Source of the DNA: Clostridia bacterium
GTDB lineage: Bacteria; Bacillota; Sulfobacillia; RBS10-35; JADGHG01
Reading direction: 5' to 3'
DNA: 52,376 nucleotides
Assembly: GCA_019689585.1 (NCBI GenBank)
Contig: JADGHG010000003.1
Span: forward strand, 1-52,376
Made by a program: the position numbers and the translations under genes. This document shows positions 36,588 through 46,163 of the stretch, piece after piece; position 1 is the first letter of the stretch; each line of letters starts with the position of its first letter. The notes beneath the pieces were generated by a model, which did no database searches, had not been told where the DNA came from, and saw only the letters and a list, made by a program, of their open reading frames with translations.

Positions 36588-38336
36588 TTACCCCTTGGCC
36601 CGGGCGAAGCGGAGCCGAGCGCCCGGCGCGAGTTGCGCGAGGCGGTCGAGGTCGGCTTCGCAGACCACTGCGATCTTCGGGTAGCCCCCGATCGTCTGCG
36701 CATCGGCAAGGAGCACGATGGGCGTCCCGTCGCCCGTCACCTGGATGGTGCCGTGCGGGATGGGCTCGGAGAGCGGCTCCCGCCCCGGGGACACTGGAAG
36801 GGCCGGGCCGAGGAGCCGCATGCCCATCCGGTCCGAGGCGGGCCCGACCCGCCAGACCGTACCGAAGAAGGTCTCGCTCGCCGAGGGGCCCAGGCACCCG
36901 CCGTCGGGGCCCGTAAGGGCGCGGACGGTGACGAGATCGACGCCCCCTCGCGCACCGCTTGGGGCAGGCCCGGTCCCCCGCGCGCCCTGCCCCGCCCAGG
37001 GGGCTTCCGCGTGCGGCGCGTGCGGCGCGTGCTCGTCGCCGGGCGGTGTGCCGAGCGGCAGGAGGTCCCCCGGCCGGAGCGCCCGGCCGGCAAGGCCGCC
37101 GATGCCCGAGCGCAGGTCGGTCGCGCGGCTCCCTCCGACGACCGGGACGTCGAATCCCCCCTCGACCGCCAGGTACGCGCGAAGCCCGCTCCGCCGCCCG
37201 CGGAAGACGAGGCGGGAACCCGGTCGCAGCTCTCCGACCTCGCCCGGAGCGAGCGGCCGTCCGTCAAGCTCGGCGCCGAGGTCCGCGCCCGCCACCGCGA
37301 CGCGCCGCGGCGGGGCGCCCCCGGGCGCCCGGCAGTCGAGCGCCGGGCCGCGCAGCGTCACCTCGAGCCCGGCCGCGCCGTCGGGGTTGCCCACCCTCCG
37401 GTTGGCCATCCGGAGCGCGCCGCGGTCCAAGGCGCCGGCGAGCGGGAAGCCGAGCTCGCGCCAGGCCATTCGGCCGAGGTCCTGGACCGTCGTGAGAAGC
37501 CCGGCCTCGCGCACGAGGAGCGCCCACGAGGCCGCCTCGGTCGCCCTCTCGGCAGCCTCGCGCACGCGCGTCTCCCACGCGGCCGCCTCGGCCGCCTCGC
37601 GCTCCTCGATCCGCCGGAACTCCGCCTCGCCGATGGGCTCGAAGCGCACAGCGTCGCCCGGGCGGATGAGGACCGGCGGGTCCTCCCAGGGCCGGTACAC
37701 GAGGCGTGGGGTTCGGCCCAGGATGCGCCAGCCGCCGGGGCTCTCGCTCGGGTAGACGGCCGTCTGCCGGCCTGCGACGGCGACCGACCCGGCGGGCACC
37801 CGAGTGCGCGGCTGGGGCAGCCTTGGTACCGCGAGATCCTCGGGCAGCGCGCCGAGGTAGGCGAAGCCCGGCGCGAAGCCGAGGCAGAAGGCGTGGTAGC
37901 GCGTCTCCGAATGCCGGCGCACGACCTCCTCGGGCGTGCGCCGGAGAAGGCGCGCGACCTCCGCCAGGTCGGGGCCGTGCGCGCCGCCGTACAGGACCGG
38001 GATGACGACCGTTGAGGGCGGCGCCGCGCGCGCGAGCGCGGCCTCCCCGCCGCGGCCGCTCAAAAGCCGCGCGGCCTCGCGACGCAGAAGCTCGGCAGCG
38101 GGCGCGAGGCCACCCGGCGCCGCCTCTCCGGAAAGCTCCAGGTACAGCGAAGCGTACCCGACGAGGACCGCCGCCGCCCGGCCGCCGAACCCCGCGCGGA
38201 GCCGGCCGGCCAAGGCGTGGAGCCGCCCGTTGACGTCTACATCGGGGCCCTCGACCGCGACGCGGAGGAGGAGGCCGCGCTCCCCGAAGGGGAGGACAGC
38301 GAACGCCGCCGCGCCTCGCCGGGTCTCCCAGGCCAC
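36588..38336 (-). CDS. Fused PxpB-PxpC (5-oxoprolinase B/C; KipI-KipA, allophanate hydrolase-like)
   Basis: PxpB motifs YGG..GPDL, GFAPGFAYL, SPGGWRILGRT; PxpC motifs TTVQDLGR, SDRMGMRL, DAQTIGGYPKI. Confidence 0.88.
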   Translation of the reverse strand: MAWETRRGAAAFAVLPFGERGLLLRVAVEGPDVDVNGRLHALAGRLRAGFGGRAAAVLVGYASLYLELSGEAAPGGLAPAAELLRREAARLLSGRGGEAALARAAPPSTVVIPVLYGGAHGPDLAEVARLLRRTPEEVVRRHSETRYHAFCLGFAPGFAYLGALPEDLAVPRLPQPRTRVPAGSVAVAGRQTAVYPSESPGGWRILGRTPRLVYRPWEDPPVLIRPGDAVRFEPIGEAEFRRIEEREAAEAAAWETRVREAAERATEAASWALLVREAGLLTTVQDLGRMAWRELGFPLAGALDRGALRMANRRVGNPDGAAGLEVTLRGPALDCRAPGGAPPRRVAVAGADLGAELDGRPLAPGEVGELRPGSRLVFRGRRSGLRAYLAVEGGFDVPVVGGSRATDLRSGIGGLAGRALRPGDLLPLGTPPGDEHAPHAPHAEAPWAGQGARGTGPAPSGARGGVDLVTVRALTGPDGGCLGPSASETFFGTVWRVGPASDRMGMRLLGPALPVSPGREPLSEPIPHGTIQVTGDGTPIVLLADAQTIGGYPKIAVVCEADLDRLAQLAPGARLRFARAKG

Positions 38337-38373
38337 GGCCCGCCCCCGTCCGCCGGGCGGAAGTCCCCGGGTA

Positions 38374-39771
38374 TCAGCGCGCGAGCGAGCCCATCGGGTC
38401 CCAGGGCGGGAGCACGATGGGCGGCTGCTTCAGCGCCTCCTGCAGCTCGGGCGGGAGGTAGCTCTTCTTCACGACCACCTGGTACATGAACTCGTCGAAC
38501 CAGTCGTCGCTCATCACGAAGAACCCCTGGTGACCCGGCTCCGTGCCCCAGCTGTTCTCGACCTTCCAGCGGTTCGGCCGCCCGTTCACGAGGTTCACGC
38601 CCGTGAAGACCATCGCGTGCGTCATGCGGCTCTCGCCGTAGTCGAGCCGCCCCGCCTTGTCGAGGTCGAAGCGCACGCCCAGGACGCCTTCGTAGTCGTA
38701 GAGCCGCGCGTCGAGGACGCCCGAGGCGCGGTCCGACATCTTCCCCACGTCGCACCCGAACCAGACCGGCTCGCCGTCGAGGAGCTGGCGCAGCGCCATC
38801 TCCTTCAGGGTCTCGATCTCGACGTTCAGGTAGAGCACGTCCCGCCCGCCCTTGACGTAGCCGAGGTACTGGACGGTGTACGTGCGGCCGAAGGGCTTGT
38901 CGGCGGTCGGGGCGTGGATGAGGCTGACGTACTCGGAGAGGTCCAGCCCGACGTACGCCTGGAGGAACTCCTGCGGCGTGAGCCCGGGGTCGCGGTGGAA
39001 GTCGCCGTCCTTGTCGCGGTACTCGAAGTCGAAGCGGCTCGGCGGTTCGCCCAGGAACCGGACGAGGAGCCGGTAGACCTCGCCGAGCATCCGCTCCTTC
39101 TCGGCCCGGAGCTCGGCCAGGGAGGCGTTCCCCTGGTGGTACATCTCGCGGAGGCGCCTCGCGTACTCGCGCAGCTTGAGCGTGAGGATGCGGTTCATGC
39201 CGGCCGAGTCGCTCGAGTGGAACGACTCCGGCATCGCGTACTTCGGCACGACCCCGTACTTCTCGACGAGGTTCACGAACATGTCCCACTGGCCGCCGTC
39301 GTTGAGCGGCGCGTCGAGGAGCCAGGCGACGAGCCGGCCGTGGAGGTCCTCGTCGCGGGTCTCGATGATCGCCTCGAGGAAGTAGTTCGAGCGCTCGAAC
39401 TTGTCCCAGAACATCTGATAGGCCTGCGAGAGCTCGAACTCCTTGAGCTTGCACCGGCGCATCACGGCGACGCGCAGGGTGTTGAGCCCGGCGAACATCC
39501 AGCAGCGGCCGCTCTTCTTCTGGTGGGTGATCGGCCCCGTCTCGATCTCGTGAGAGAACGTGTAGGGCCGCGCGGTGATGATGTCCTGGTTCAGCGCGAC
39601 GGCCTGGACGCCGTTCTTGCGGATGGCGTTCGCCGTCGCCCGCACGAGCGGGTCGGCCTTCGCCTCTGCGGAGAAACGCGCGACGAGCTCGGGCGCGACG
39701 GCGCCGTCCGCCGCGGCCGCGGAAGGCGCGATGGCCCCGCCGGCGTCCGGCCGCACGGCTGCGTCCGACAT
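38374..39771 (-). CDS. pepC: Aminopeptidase C / bleomycin hydrolase (C1B)
   Basis: QKKSGRCWMFA, THAM, VENSWG, C-terminal PWDPMGSLA. Confidence 0.95.
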   Translation of the reverse strand: MSDAAVRPDAGGAIAPSAAAADGAVAPELVARFSAEAKADPLVRATANAIRKNGVQAVALNQDIITARPYTFSHEIETGPITHQKKSGRCWMFAGLNTLRVAVMRRCKLKEFELSQAYQMFWDKFERSNYFLEAIIETRDEDLHGRLVAWLLDAPLNDGGQWDMFVNLVEKYGVVPKYAMPESFHSSDSAGMNRILTLKLREYARRLREMYHQGNASLAELRAEKERMLGEVYRLLVRFLGEPPSRFDFEYRDKDGDFHRDPGLTPQEFLQAYVGLDLSEYVSLIHAPTADKPFGRTYTVQYLGYVKGGRDVLYLNVEIETLKEMALRQLLDGEPVWFGCDVGKMSDRASGVLDARLYDYEGVLGVRFDLDKAGRLDYGESRMTHAMVFTGVNLVNGRPNRWKVENSWGTEPGHQGFFVMSDDWFDEFMYQVVVKKSYLPPELQEALKQPPIVLPPWDPMGSLAR

Positions 39772-39856
39772 GACCCCAACCTCCTTCGGGACCCTTCCGG
39801 TTCTCCTTGCGTATTCCGCGGCAGCCGGTGCAATCCCTCGTCCCGACGCGCTCCCG

Positions 39857-40429
39857 CTAGGCCTCCGCCGGCGTGAAGTCGGGGCAGTACTTGCGCGCTT
39901 CCTCTTCCGAGAGGAACGCCTGCAGGAGGTTGCAGCGGTGCGGCTCGGGCGAGCCGGGCGCCGCGTTTTCGCGGAAGTGCGCGCACCCGCGGCAGGGTTC
40001 CGCCACCTCGAGGTGCCCCGCCGCGCGAAGCGCCCAGATGACCGCCCCGAGGCCGCGCTCGAGGGTCCCGCGCTCCTCCACCGGAAGCGCGGCGAGGGCC
40101 TCGCCCAGGAGGTGGCCCCAGCGCTCGAGGCGGTCGGCCGCGCGCCGTCCGGCGTCGGTCAGGCGCAGAAGCGTGCTCCGCCGGTCGCGGGGGTCGGCTT
40201 CGCGGCGGAGGAGCCCGCGGGCGACGAGCCCGTCCACCACGCCCACGGTGCTCGCGTGCGTGGCGCCCAGGTGCCGCGCGAGATTCCCGACCGAGGTGGC
40301 GAAGGACTTCGTGTCGCGGACGAAGAGGAGGGTCTGCGCCTGCACGGGCGTGAGGCCCGCCTCGCGCGCCTCGGCGAGCGTAGGATGCCGACTTTTTGCA
40401 GGGCCGTCAAGGGGTGGGCATGGGGCCAT
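39857..40429 (-). CDS. MarR family regulator with C-terminal Cys cluster (5' end doubtful)
   Basis: GLTPVQAQ, DPRDRRSTLLRLT winged helix; CRGCAHF...HRC...CPDF tail. Confidence 0.75.
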   Translation of the reverse strand: MAPCPPLDGPAKSRHPTLAEAREAGLTPVQAQTLLFVRDTKSFATSVGNLARHLGATHASTVGVVDGLVARGLLRREADPRDRRSTLLRLTDAGRRAADRLERWGHLLGEALAALPVEERGTLERGLGAVIWALRAAGHLEVAEPCRGCAHFRENAAPGSPEPHRCNLLQAFLSEEEARKYCPDFTPAEA

Positions 40430-40537
40430 GCGAGGCCGCCCCCGGCGGGCGGCGCGAGGAGGCGCGCCGGGGCGGACGTGCCTCCGGCGCCGCGAGCGCA
40501 CCGTCGTCGCCCGGCGTGCGGAACGCCCGGGCCGTCG

Positions 40538-42217
40538 TCAGGACTCCTGCATGGGGATGCGCAGGCCGCGCTCGCGGGCGACCGCGAGGGCGCGCTCGTA
40601 CCCGGCGTCGGCGTGGCGGACGACGCCGCTCCCCGGGTCGGTCACGAGGACGCGCGAGAGCCGCTCCTCCGCCTCGTCCGTTCCGTCGGCCACGACGACC
40701 ATGCCGGCGTGGAGCGAGTACCCGATCCCGACGCCGCCCCCGTGGTGGACCGAGACCCACGTGGCGCCGGCGGCCGTGTTGAGGAGCGCGTTCAGGATCG
40801 GCCAGTCGGCGATGGCGTCGGAGCCGTCCCGCATCCCCTCGGTCTCCCGGTAGGGCGAGGCCACCGAGCCCGCGTCCAGGTGGTCGCGCCCGATGACGAT
40901 CGGGGCCGCGAGCTCCCCCCTGCGCACCATCTCGTTGAAGCAGAGGCCCGCCCGGTCGCGCTCCCCGTAGCCGAGCCAGCAGATGCGTGCGGGGAGCCCC
41001 TGGAACGGCACGCGCTTCTCCGCCATCTCGATCCAGCGGCGCAACGACTCGTTCTCGGGGAAGAGCTCGAGGATGGCGCGGTCGGTCTTGCGGATGTCCT
41101 CGGGGTCGCCCGAGAGCGCCACCCAGCGGAACGGCCCCTTGCCCTCGCAGAAGAGGTTCCGGATGTAGGCGGGCACGAAGCCCGGGTACGAGAAGGCCTC
41201 GTCGCGCGGAAGCCCGCCGAGCGCGGCCTGCTCGCGCAGGTTGTTGCCGTAGTCGAAGGCGACGGCCCCCCGGGCCTTCAGGTCGAGGATCGCCCGCACG
41301 TGCTCGACCATCGAGGCCCGCGCGCGCCGCACGTGCTCGTCGGGGTCGCGCCGCCGGAGCTCCGCGGCCTCCGCGACGGAAAGGCCCTTCGGCACGTAGC
41401 CGTTCAAGGGGTCGTGGGCCGAGGTCTGGTCCGTGACGACGTCCGGCACGACGCCGCGCCGCACGAGCTCCGGAAGCACGAGGGCGGCGTTGCCGAGGAG
41501 CCCGACCGAGAGCGCCTCGCGGCGGGCCGTAGCCTCGCGGACGAGCGCGAGCGCCTCGTCGAGCGAATCGGTCGCGCGGTCGAGATAGCGCGTGCGGAGC
41601 CGCCTCTCGATGCGCTGCGGGTCGACCTCCACGACAAGCGCCACTCCGCCGTTCATCGTGACGGCGAGCGGCTGCGCGCCGCCCATGCCGCCGAGCCCGG
41701 CCGTCACGACGAGCCGCCCCGCGAGGGAGCCGCCGAAGTGCTGGCGCGCGCACTCGGCGAGCGTCTCGTACGTGCCCTGGACGATGCCCTGGGTGCCGAT
41801 GTAGATCCAGGAGCCCGCCGTCATCTGGCCGTACATCGTGAGGCCCAGGCGGTCGAACTCGCGGAAGTGCTCCCAGTCGGCCCAGGCCGGGACCAGCATG
41901 GCGTTCGCGATGAGCACGCGCGGGGCCAGGCGGTGGGTGCGGAACACGCCGACCGGCTTGCCCGACTGGACGAGGAGCGTGTCCTCGGGCCCCATCGAGC
42001 GGAGCGTCCGCACGATCGCGTCGAAGGCCTCCCAGTTGCGGGCCGCCTTGCCCGCCCCGCCGTAGACGACGAGCTCGTCCGGCCGCTCGGCCACCTCGGG
42101 GTCGAGGTTGTTCATCAGCATGCGGAGCGGCGCCTCGAGCTGCCAGGAGGCGCAGCTCAGCTCCCTGCCGCGCGGCGCGCGCACCGGGCGCGGTCCGCTG
42201 GCCACAGCGCTCGCCAT
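40538..42217 (-). CDS. hutU: Urocanate hydratase
   Basis: [50 protein letters not shown]. Confidence 0.97.
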   Translation of the reverse strand: MASAVASGPRPVRAPRGRELSCASWQLEAPLRMLMNNLDPEVAERPDELVVYGGAGKAARNWEAFDAIVRTLRSMGPEDTLLVQSGKPVGVFRTHRLAPRVLIANAMLVPAWADWEHFREFDRLGLTMYGQMTAGSWIYIGTQGIVQGTYETLAECARQHFGGSLAGRLVVTAGLGGMGGAQPLAVTMNGGVALVVEVDPQRIERRLRTRYLDRATDSLDEALALVREATARREALSVGLLGNAALVLPELVRRGVVPDVVTDQTSAHDPLNGYVPKGLSVAEAAELRRRDPDEHVRRARASMVEHVRAILDLKARGAVAFDYGNNLREQAALGGLPRDEAFSYPGFVPAYIRNLFCEGKGPFRWVALSGDPEDIRKTDRAILELFPENESLRRWIEMAEKRVPFQGLPARICWLGYGERDRAGLCFNEMVRRGELAAPIVIGRDHLDAGSVASPYRETEGMRDGSDAIADWPILNALLNTAAGATWVSVHHGGGVGIGYSLHAGMVVVADGTDEAEERLSRVLVTDPGSGVVRHADAGYERALAVARERGLRIPMQES

Positions 42218-42348
42218 TCTCCCCCGCCTCCCCGGAGCCAGCGTAGCACGCCGCCTGCGCGCCCGTCGGCGCGGCCGGCCGGCGAGCCCTGGGAGCCGGT
42301 CTCGGTTCGGGGTATCGTAGGTGGGCACGGGGAAGGGGGGGCCGGAAG

Positions 42349-43011
42349 ATGGAGCGCCTTCTCAGCGACGAGATCCGGCGCAAGGTGGCGGAGGTCCTCG
42401 GCGATGTCGAGCGGGAGGTCGAGCTTCTGCTCGTCGCCCGGGAGGAAGACGACGAGGCCGACGTGATCGCGGAGCTCCTCGCCGAGGTGGCCGAGGCCTC
42501 GCCGCGTCTCTCGAGCCTCCGGCTCTCCCCCGAGGCGGCCCGGCGCGAGGGCCTCGTGGGTGAACCGCACCCGGCCGTGTACGTCCGCGCGAAGGGCGGC
42601 CCGGCGCCGCGCTTCCGCTTCCTCGGCGCCCCGGCGGGCTACGAGTTCGGCAGCCTCGTGGAGGACGTGCGCGACGTCGCCCGCGGTACGACCGGCCTTT
42701 CCGAGGAGACGCGCGCCTTCCTCGCGAGCCTCGCCGACCTGGCGGAGCCCGGCGTGCGCATCGAGCTCGAAGTCTACACGACGCCGACCTGCCCCTACTG
42801 CCCGCGGGCGGTTCGGCTCGCGCACCAGATGGCGATGGAGAGCGAGCGGGTGACGGCCGTCGCGATCGACGCCCTCTCGTTCCCCGAGCTCGCCGACCGC
42901 CACTCCGTCTACGCGGTGCCGAAGACGGTCATCAACGGCGTCCACTCGATCGAGGGAATGGTGCCCGAGGCGGTGCTCGTCGCGCACATCCGAGAGGCGC
43001 TCGGGGCCTAG
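42349..43011 (+). CDS. Protein-disulfide oxidoreductase / AhpF N-terminal-like double thioredoxin fold
   Basis: [27 protein letters not shown]. Confidence 0.85.
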   Translation: MERLLSDEIRRKVAEVLGDVEREVELLLVAREEDDEADVIAELLAEVAEASPRLSSLRLSPEAARREGLVGEPHPAVYVRAKGGPAPRFRFLGAPAGYEFGSLVEDVRDVARGTTGLSEETRAFLASLADLAEPGVRIELEVYTTPTCPYCPRAVRLAHQMAMESERVTAVAIDALSFPELADRHSVYAVPKTVINGVHSIEGMVPEAVLVAHIREALGA

Positions 43012-43994
43012 CGCAGGAGGGCGCCGACGAGCCGCCCGCCGGCGTAGGCCACGGCGAACCCGGCCGCGGGGCCGACGGCCCACCCGGCCAGGATCCCTCG
43101 CACCGTGCGCCAGTGCACCGTCTCGAGCCCGCGCGCCAGCCCGGCGCCGGCGAGGGCCCCGACCATCGCCTGGTTGAGCGACGTGAAATAGCCGAAGACG
43201 ACGGCCACAAGGACCACGAGCGCCTGGACCGCCTGGGCCGCGACGGCCACGCCCGCGTCGACCCGGACGATGTCGTAGGCGACGGCCGAAAGGAGCGGCC
43301 GCCCCCACGTGAGGGCGCCCAGGGCCAGCCCGAGCCCGCCCGTGAAGGCGGCGCCCCAGGTGCCCATGAGCCCCGTCATGAGGAGCACGCCGCTCGCGTT
43401 CGAGACGTCGTTCGCGCCCATGGTGAAGGAGACCGCGACGCCCACGCCGATGAGGAAGGCGGCCACGCCCGCTCCGGCGCCCCGCCGACCCGCGCTCGCC
43501 GCGCCTTCTACCGCCCGCCCGAGGACGGGGTGGCGCACGAGGGCCCGCGAGAGGAGGAAGCCGAGGACGGTCGCCGAAAGCGGCGCCGCCACCCACACGC
43601 CCGCAAGGCGCAGGACGGTCGCCCAGTGGACGGCCGCACCGGCCGCCGTCGCCGCGCCCGCCACGCAGAAGACGAGGATCTGGATCGTCGAGGTCGGCAT
43701 CTTGAGGTACGTGAAGAGCGTCGTGAGAAGGAAGGCCGAGGCCACGACCGCGATGGCGGGGGCCACGCCCATCGCGCGGGCGTCGACGAGCGCGAAGGCC
43801 ACCGTGTGCTGCACGGCGTGGCTCGCGAGGGTGGCGCCGAGAAGCGAGAAGCCCGCGACGACGGCGAGCGATCGGACGAGGTCGAGGGCGCCGGCCGCGT
43901 ACGGCATGCCCATGCAGGCGCCGGTGTAGTGGGCGCCCATGCTCCAGGCGAAGGCCAGGGCGAGCGCGACGAGGACGAGGTCCGCGCCCGTCAC
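43008..43994 (-). CDS. PiT family inorganic phosphate/anion transporter
   Basis: GANDVSNA signature, PTSTIQ, multiple TMs; the N-terminal signature is degenerate (GAHY). Confidence 0.75.
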   Translation of the reverse strand: MTGADLVLVALALAFAWSMGAHYTGACMGMPYAAGALDLVRSLAVVAGFSLLGATLASHAVQHTVAFALVDARAMGVAPAIAVVASAFLLTTLFTYLKMPTSTIQILVFCVAGAATAAGAAVHWATVLRLAGVWVAAPLSATVLGFLLSRALVRHPVLGRAVEGAASAGRRGAGAGVAAFLIGVGVAVSFTMGANDVSNASGVLLMTGLMGTWGAAFTGGLGLALGALTWGRPLLSAVAYDIVRVDAGVAVAAQAVQALVVLVAVVFGYFTSLNQAMVGALAGAGLARGLETVHWRTVRGILAGWAVGPAAGFAVAYAGGRLVGALLR

Positions 43995-46069
43995 GCACCG
44001 GCCCCGCCCGAGGCGGCCGGGCGGGCCTCGCCGGCCTCGTCCCCCTCGGCGGCCGGCTCGGCCGCCTGGAGGAGGTGGCGCTCGAACCAGCCGACGATCG
44101 CGCCGAGCCGCTCGATGCGGTTGACCGGCCGGCCGGAGCGCGAGAGCTCGTGGTTCTCGCCCGAGAAGCGGAGGAACTCGACCGTCTTCCCGAGCCGCTT
44201 GAGCGCGACGTAGAACTGCTCGGCCTGCTCGATCGGGCAGCGGTAGTCCTCGTCGGAGTGGATGATGAGGAGCGGCGTCGCGACGTTTCTCGCGTGCCGG
44301 ATCGGCGAGCGCTCCATGATGCGGTCCTCGGCCTCCCAGAGCTCGGCGTCGCCGAGCTCGCGCCGGTTGAAGTGGAAGCCGATGTCGCTCGTCCCGTACA
44401 TGCTGTAGAGGTTCGAGATGCTGCGCTGGGTGACGGCGGCGCGGAAGCGGTCCGTCTGGGTGACGATCCAGTTCGTCATGTACCCGCCGAAGCTTCCGCC
44501 GGTCACGCCGAGCCGCTCGCGGTCGATCCAGCCGAAGCGCCGGAGCACCTCGTCGACGACCTGCATGAGGTCCTGGTAGTCGCGGCCGCCCCAGTCGCCG
44601 ACGCAACCTCGGGTGAAGGCTTGGCCGTAGCCCGTCGAGCCGCGCGGGTTCGAGAAGAGCACGCCCAACCCGCGCGCGGCGAGGAGCTGGAATTCGTGGA
44701 AGAAGGCGCGGCCGTACGCCGAGTGCGGGCCGCCGTGGATCTCGAGCACGAGGGGGGCTTTGGCGCCGGGCGCGAGACCGAGGGGCTTCATGATCCAGGC
44801 GTCGATCTCGGCGCCGTCGTCGGCGATGACCGTGAAGTGCTCGGGCTCGGAGAGGCCCGTCTCGGCGAAGAGCGCGTCGTTCAAGGCCGTGTGCCGGCGG
44901 GCGCCCCGGCCGTCGAGCCCGACGGTGTAGAGGTCGCCGGGCGCGAGGAAGCCGGCGCCGACGTAGGCCGCGATTCCTGCCCCGGGCGCGGCGGTGAACG
45001 AGGTCACGACGACCGGGTCGGCCGTCACGCGGCGCACGCGGCCCGTCTCGACCTCGACGGCGAAGAGCGGCGCCTCCCCGCGCTCCGTGAAGGTGAGGAA
45101 CACCTCGCGGCCGTCCGCGCTCCAGACGGGGCGCGAGGGCCCGTGGTCCCAACGCGCGTCGGCCCCGACCGAGTTGCCGGCCGTGTGGTCGAAGGCGCGC
45201 GTGACATTCCTCGGCTCGCCGCCCTCGACCGGCACGATCCAGAGGTCCTGGTTCGCGACCTGGTCGCCTTGGTCGTGCCCCACGTAGGCGAGGAGGCGAC
45301 CGTCCGGGGAGAAGGCCGGCGACTGCGACGGTCCTCGGCTCGGCGTCAGCCGGCGGGGCTCGCCGCCCTCGACCGGCACGACGAATACGTCCGACCAGCT
45401 CTCGTCCGGGTCGTCGACGCGGTGGTTCGAGACGAAGGCGAGGAGGCGTCCGTCCGGGGAGAAGGTCGGCTGCGACTCGTCGAAGGGGCCGTCGGTGAGC
45501 TGGCGCGATTCGCCCGTCTCGACGTCGACGAGGTGGATGTGGCGCCGGCGGTCGGGGTCGAGGAAGCCCGCGCCGTTGAACTTGTACCGGAGCTTCGTGA
45601 TGCGCCGGCAGGTCGGTTTCGGCTCGCCCGCCTGGCGCTCGTCGTCGTCCTTCCTCTCGGGGTCGCGAAGCGCGACGGCGAGCCGGCGGCCGTCGGGCGA
45701 CCAGGCGAGCTCGCCCGCGCCCGCCTCCTCGCTCGTCACGGGCTGAGCCTCGCCGCCCATCGCCAGGTCGAGGACGTACACGCGCGGCTTCCCCGAGCGG
45801 TTGCTCGTGAAGGCGAGCCGGCGGCCGTCGGGCGACCAGCGCGGATTCTCGTCCACCCCGAGGCCCTCGGGCGGCCCAGCGAAGGTCAGCCTCCGCGGCC
45901 CGGCCTCCGGCCGGTCGAGGTCGAGGAGCCAGATGGACGACTCGTACCCGTTCCGCCGCCGGTCGGCGCGCGTGCGCACGAAGGCGACGCGCCGGCCGTC
46001 CGGCGAGATCTGCGCGTCGCCGACCCACTCGAACCGGAAGAGATCCTCCGCCTGGATGCCCCGTGCCAC
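43991..46069 (-). CDS. S9C acylaminoacyl-peptidase-like serine peptidase
   Basis: WSPDG propeller repeats, IHGGPH, GGSFGG, DYRC, ENHEL. Confidence 0.92.
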   Translation of the reverse strand: MARGIQAEDLFRFEWVGDAQISPDGRRVAFVRTRADRRRNGYESSIWLLDLDRPEAGPRRLTFAGPPEGLGVDENPRWSPDGRRLAFTSNRSGKPRVYVLDLAMGGEAQPVTSEEAGAGELAWSPDGRRLAVALRDPERKDDDERQAGEPKPTCRRITKLRYKFNGAGFLDPDRRRHIHLVDVETGESRQLTDGPFDESQPTFSPDGRLLAFVSNHRVDDPDESWSDVFVVPVEGGEPRRLTPSRGPSQSPAFSPDGRLLAYVGHDQGDQVANQDLWIVPVEGGEPRNVTRAFDHTAGNSVGADARWDHGPSRPVWSADGREVFLTFTERGEAPLFAVEVETGRVRRVTADPVVVTSFTAAPGAGIAAYVGAGFLAPGDLYTVGLDGRGARRHTALNDALFAETGLSEPEHFTVIADDGAEIDAWIMKPLGLAPGAKAPLVLEIHGGPHSAYGRAFFHEFQLLAARGLGVLFSNPRGSTGYGQAFTRGCVGDWGGRDYQDLMQVVDEVLRRFGWIDRERLGVTGGSFGGYMTNWIVTQTDRFRAAVTQRSISNLYSMYGTSDIGFHFNRRELGDAELWEAEDRIMERSPIRHARNVATPLLIIHSDEDYRCPIEQAEQFYVALKRLGKTVEFLRFSGENHELSRSGRPVNRIERLGAIVGWFERHLLQAAEPAAEGDEAGEARPAASGGAGA

Positions 46070-46163
46070 CCTAGCCCGCTCCCCCTTCTCCTCGCTTGGG
46101 ACGCTCGGGGGGAGTTCCCCACGCGGGCCGCGAATGCCTTCGCAACGAGCGGGAGGTCGCACG

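Noticed and set aside
46070-46163. SAM riboswitch or T-box before the trans-sulfuration gene
   Set aside because: Short divergent intergenic region with no S-box or T-box consensus visible
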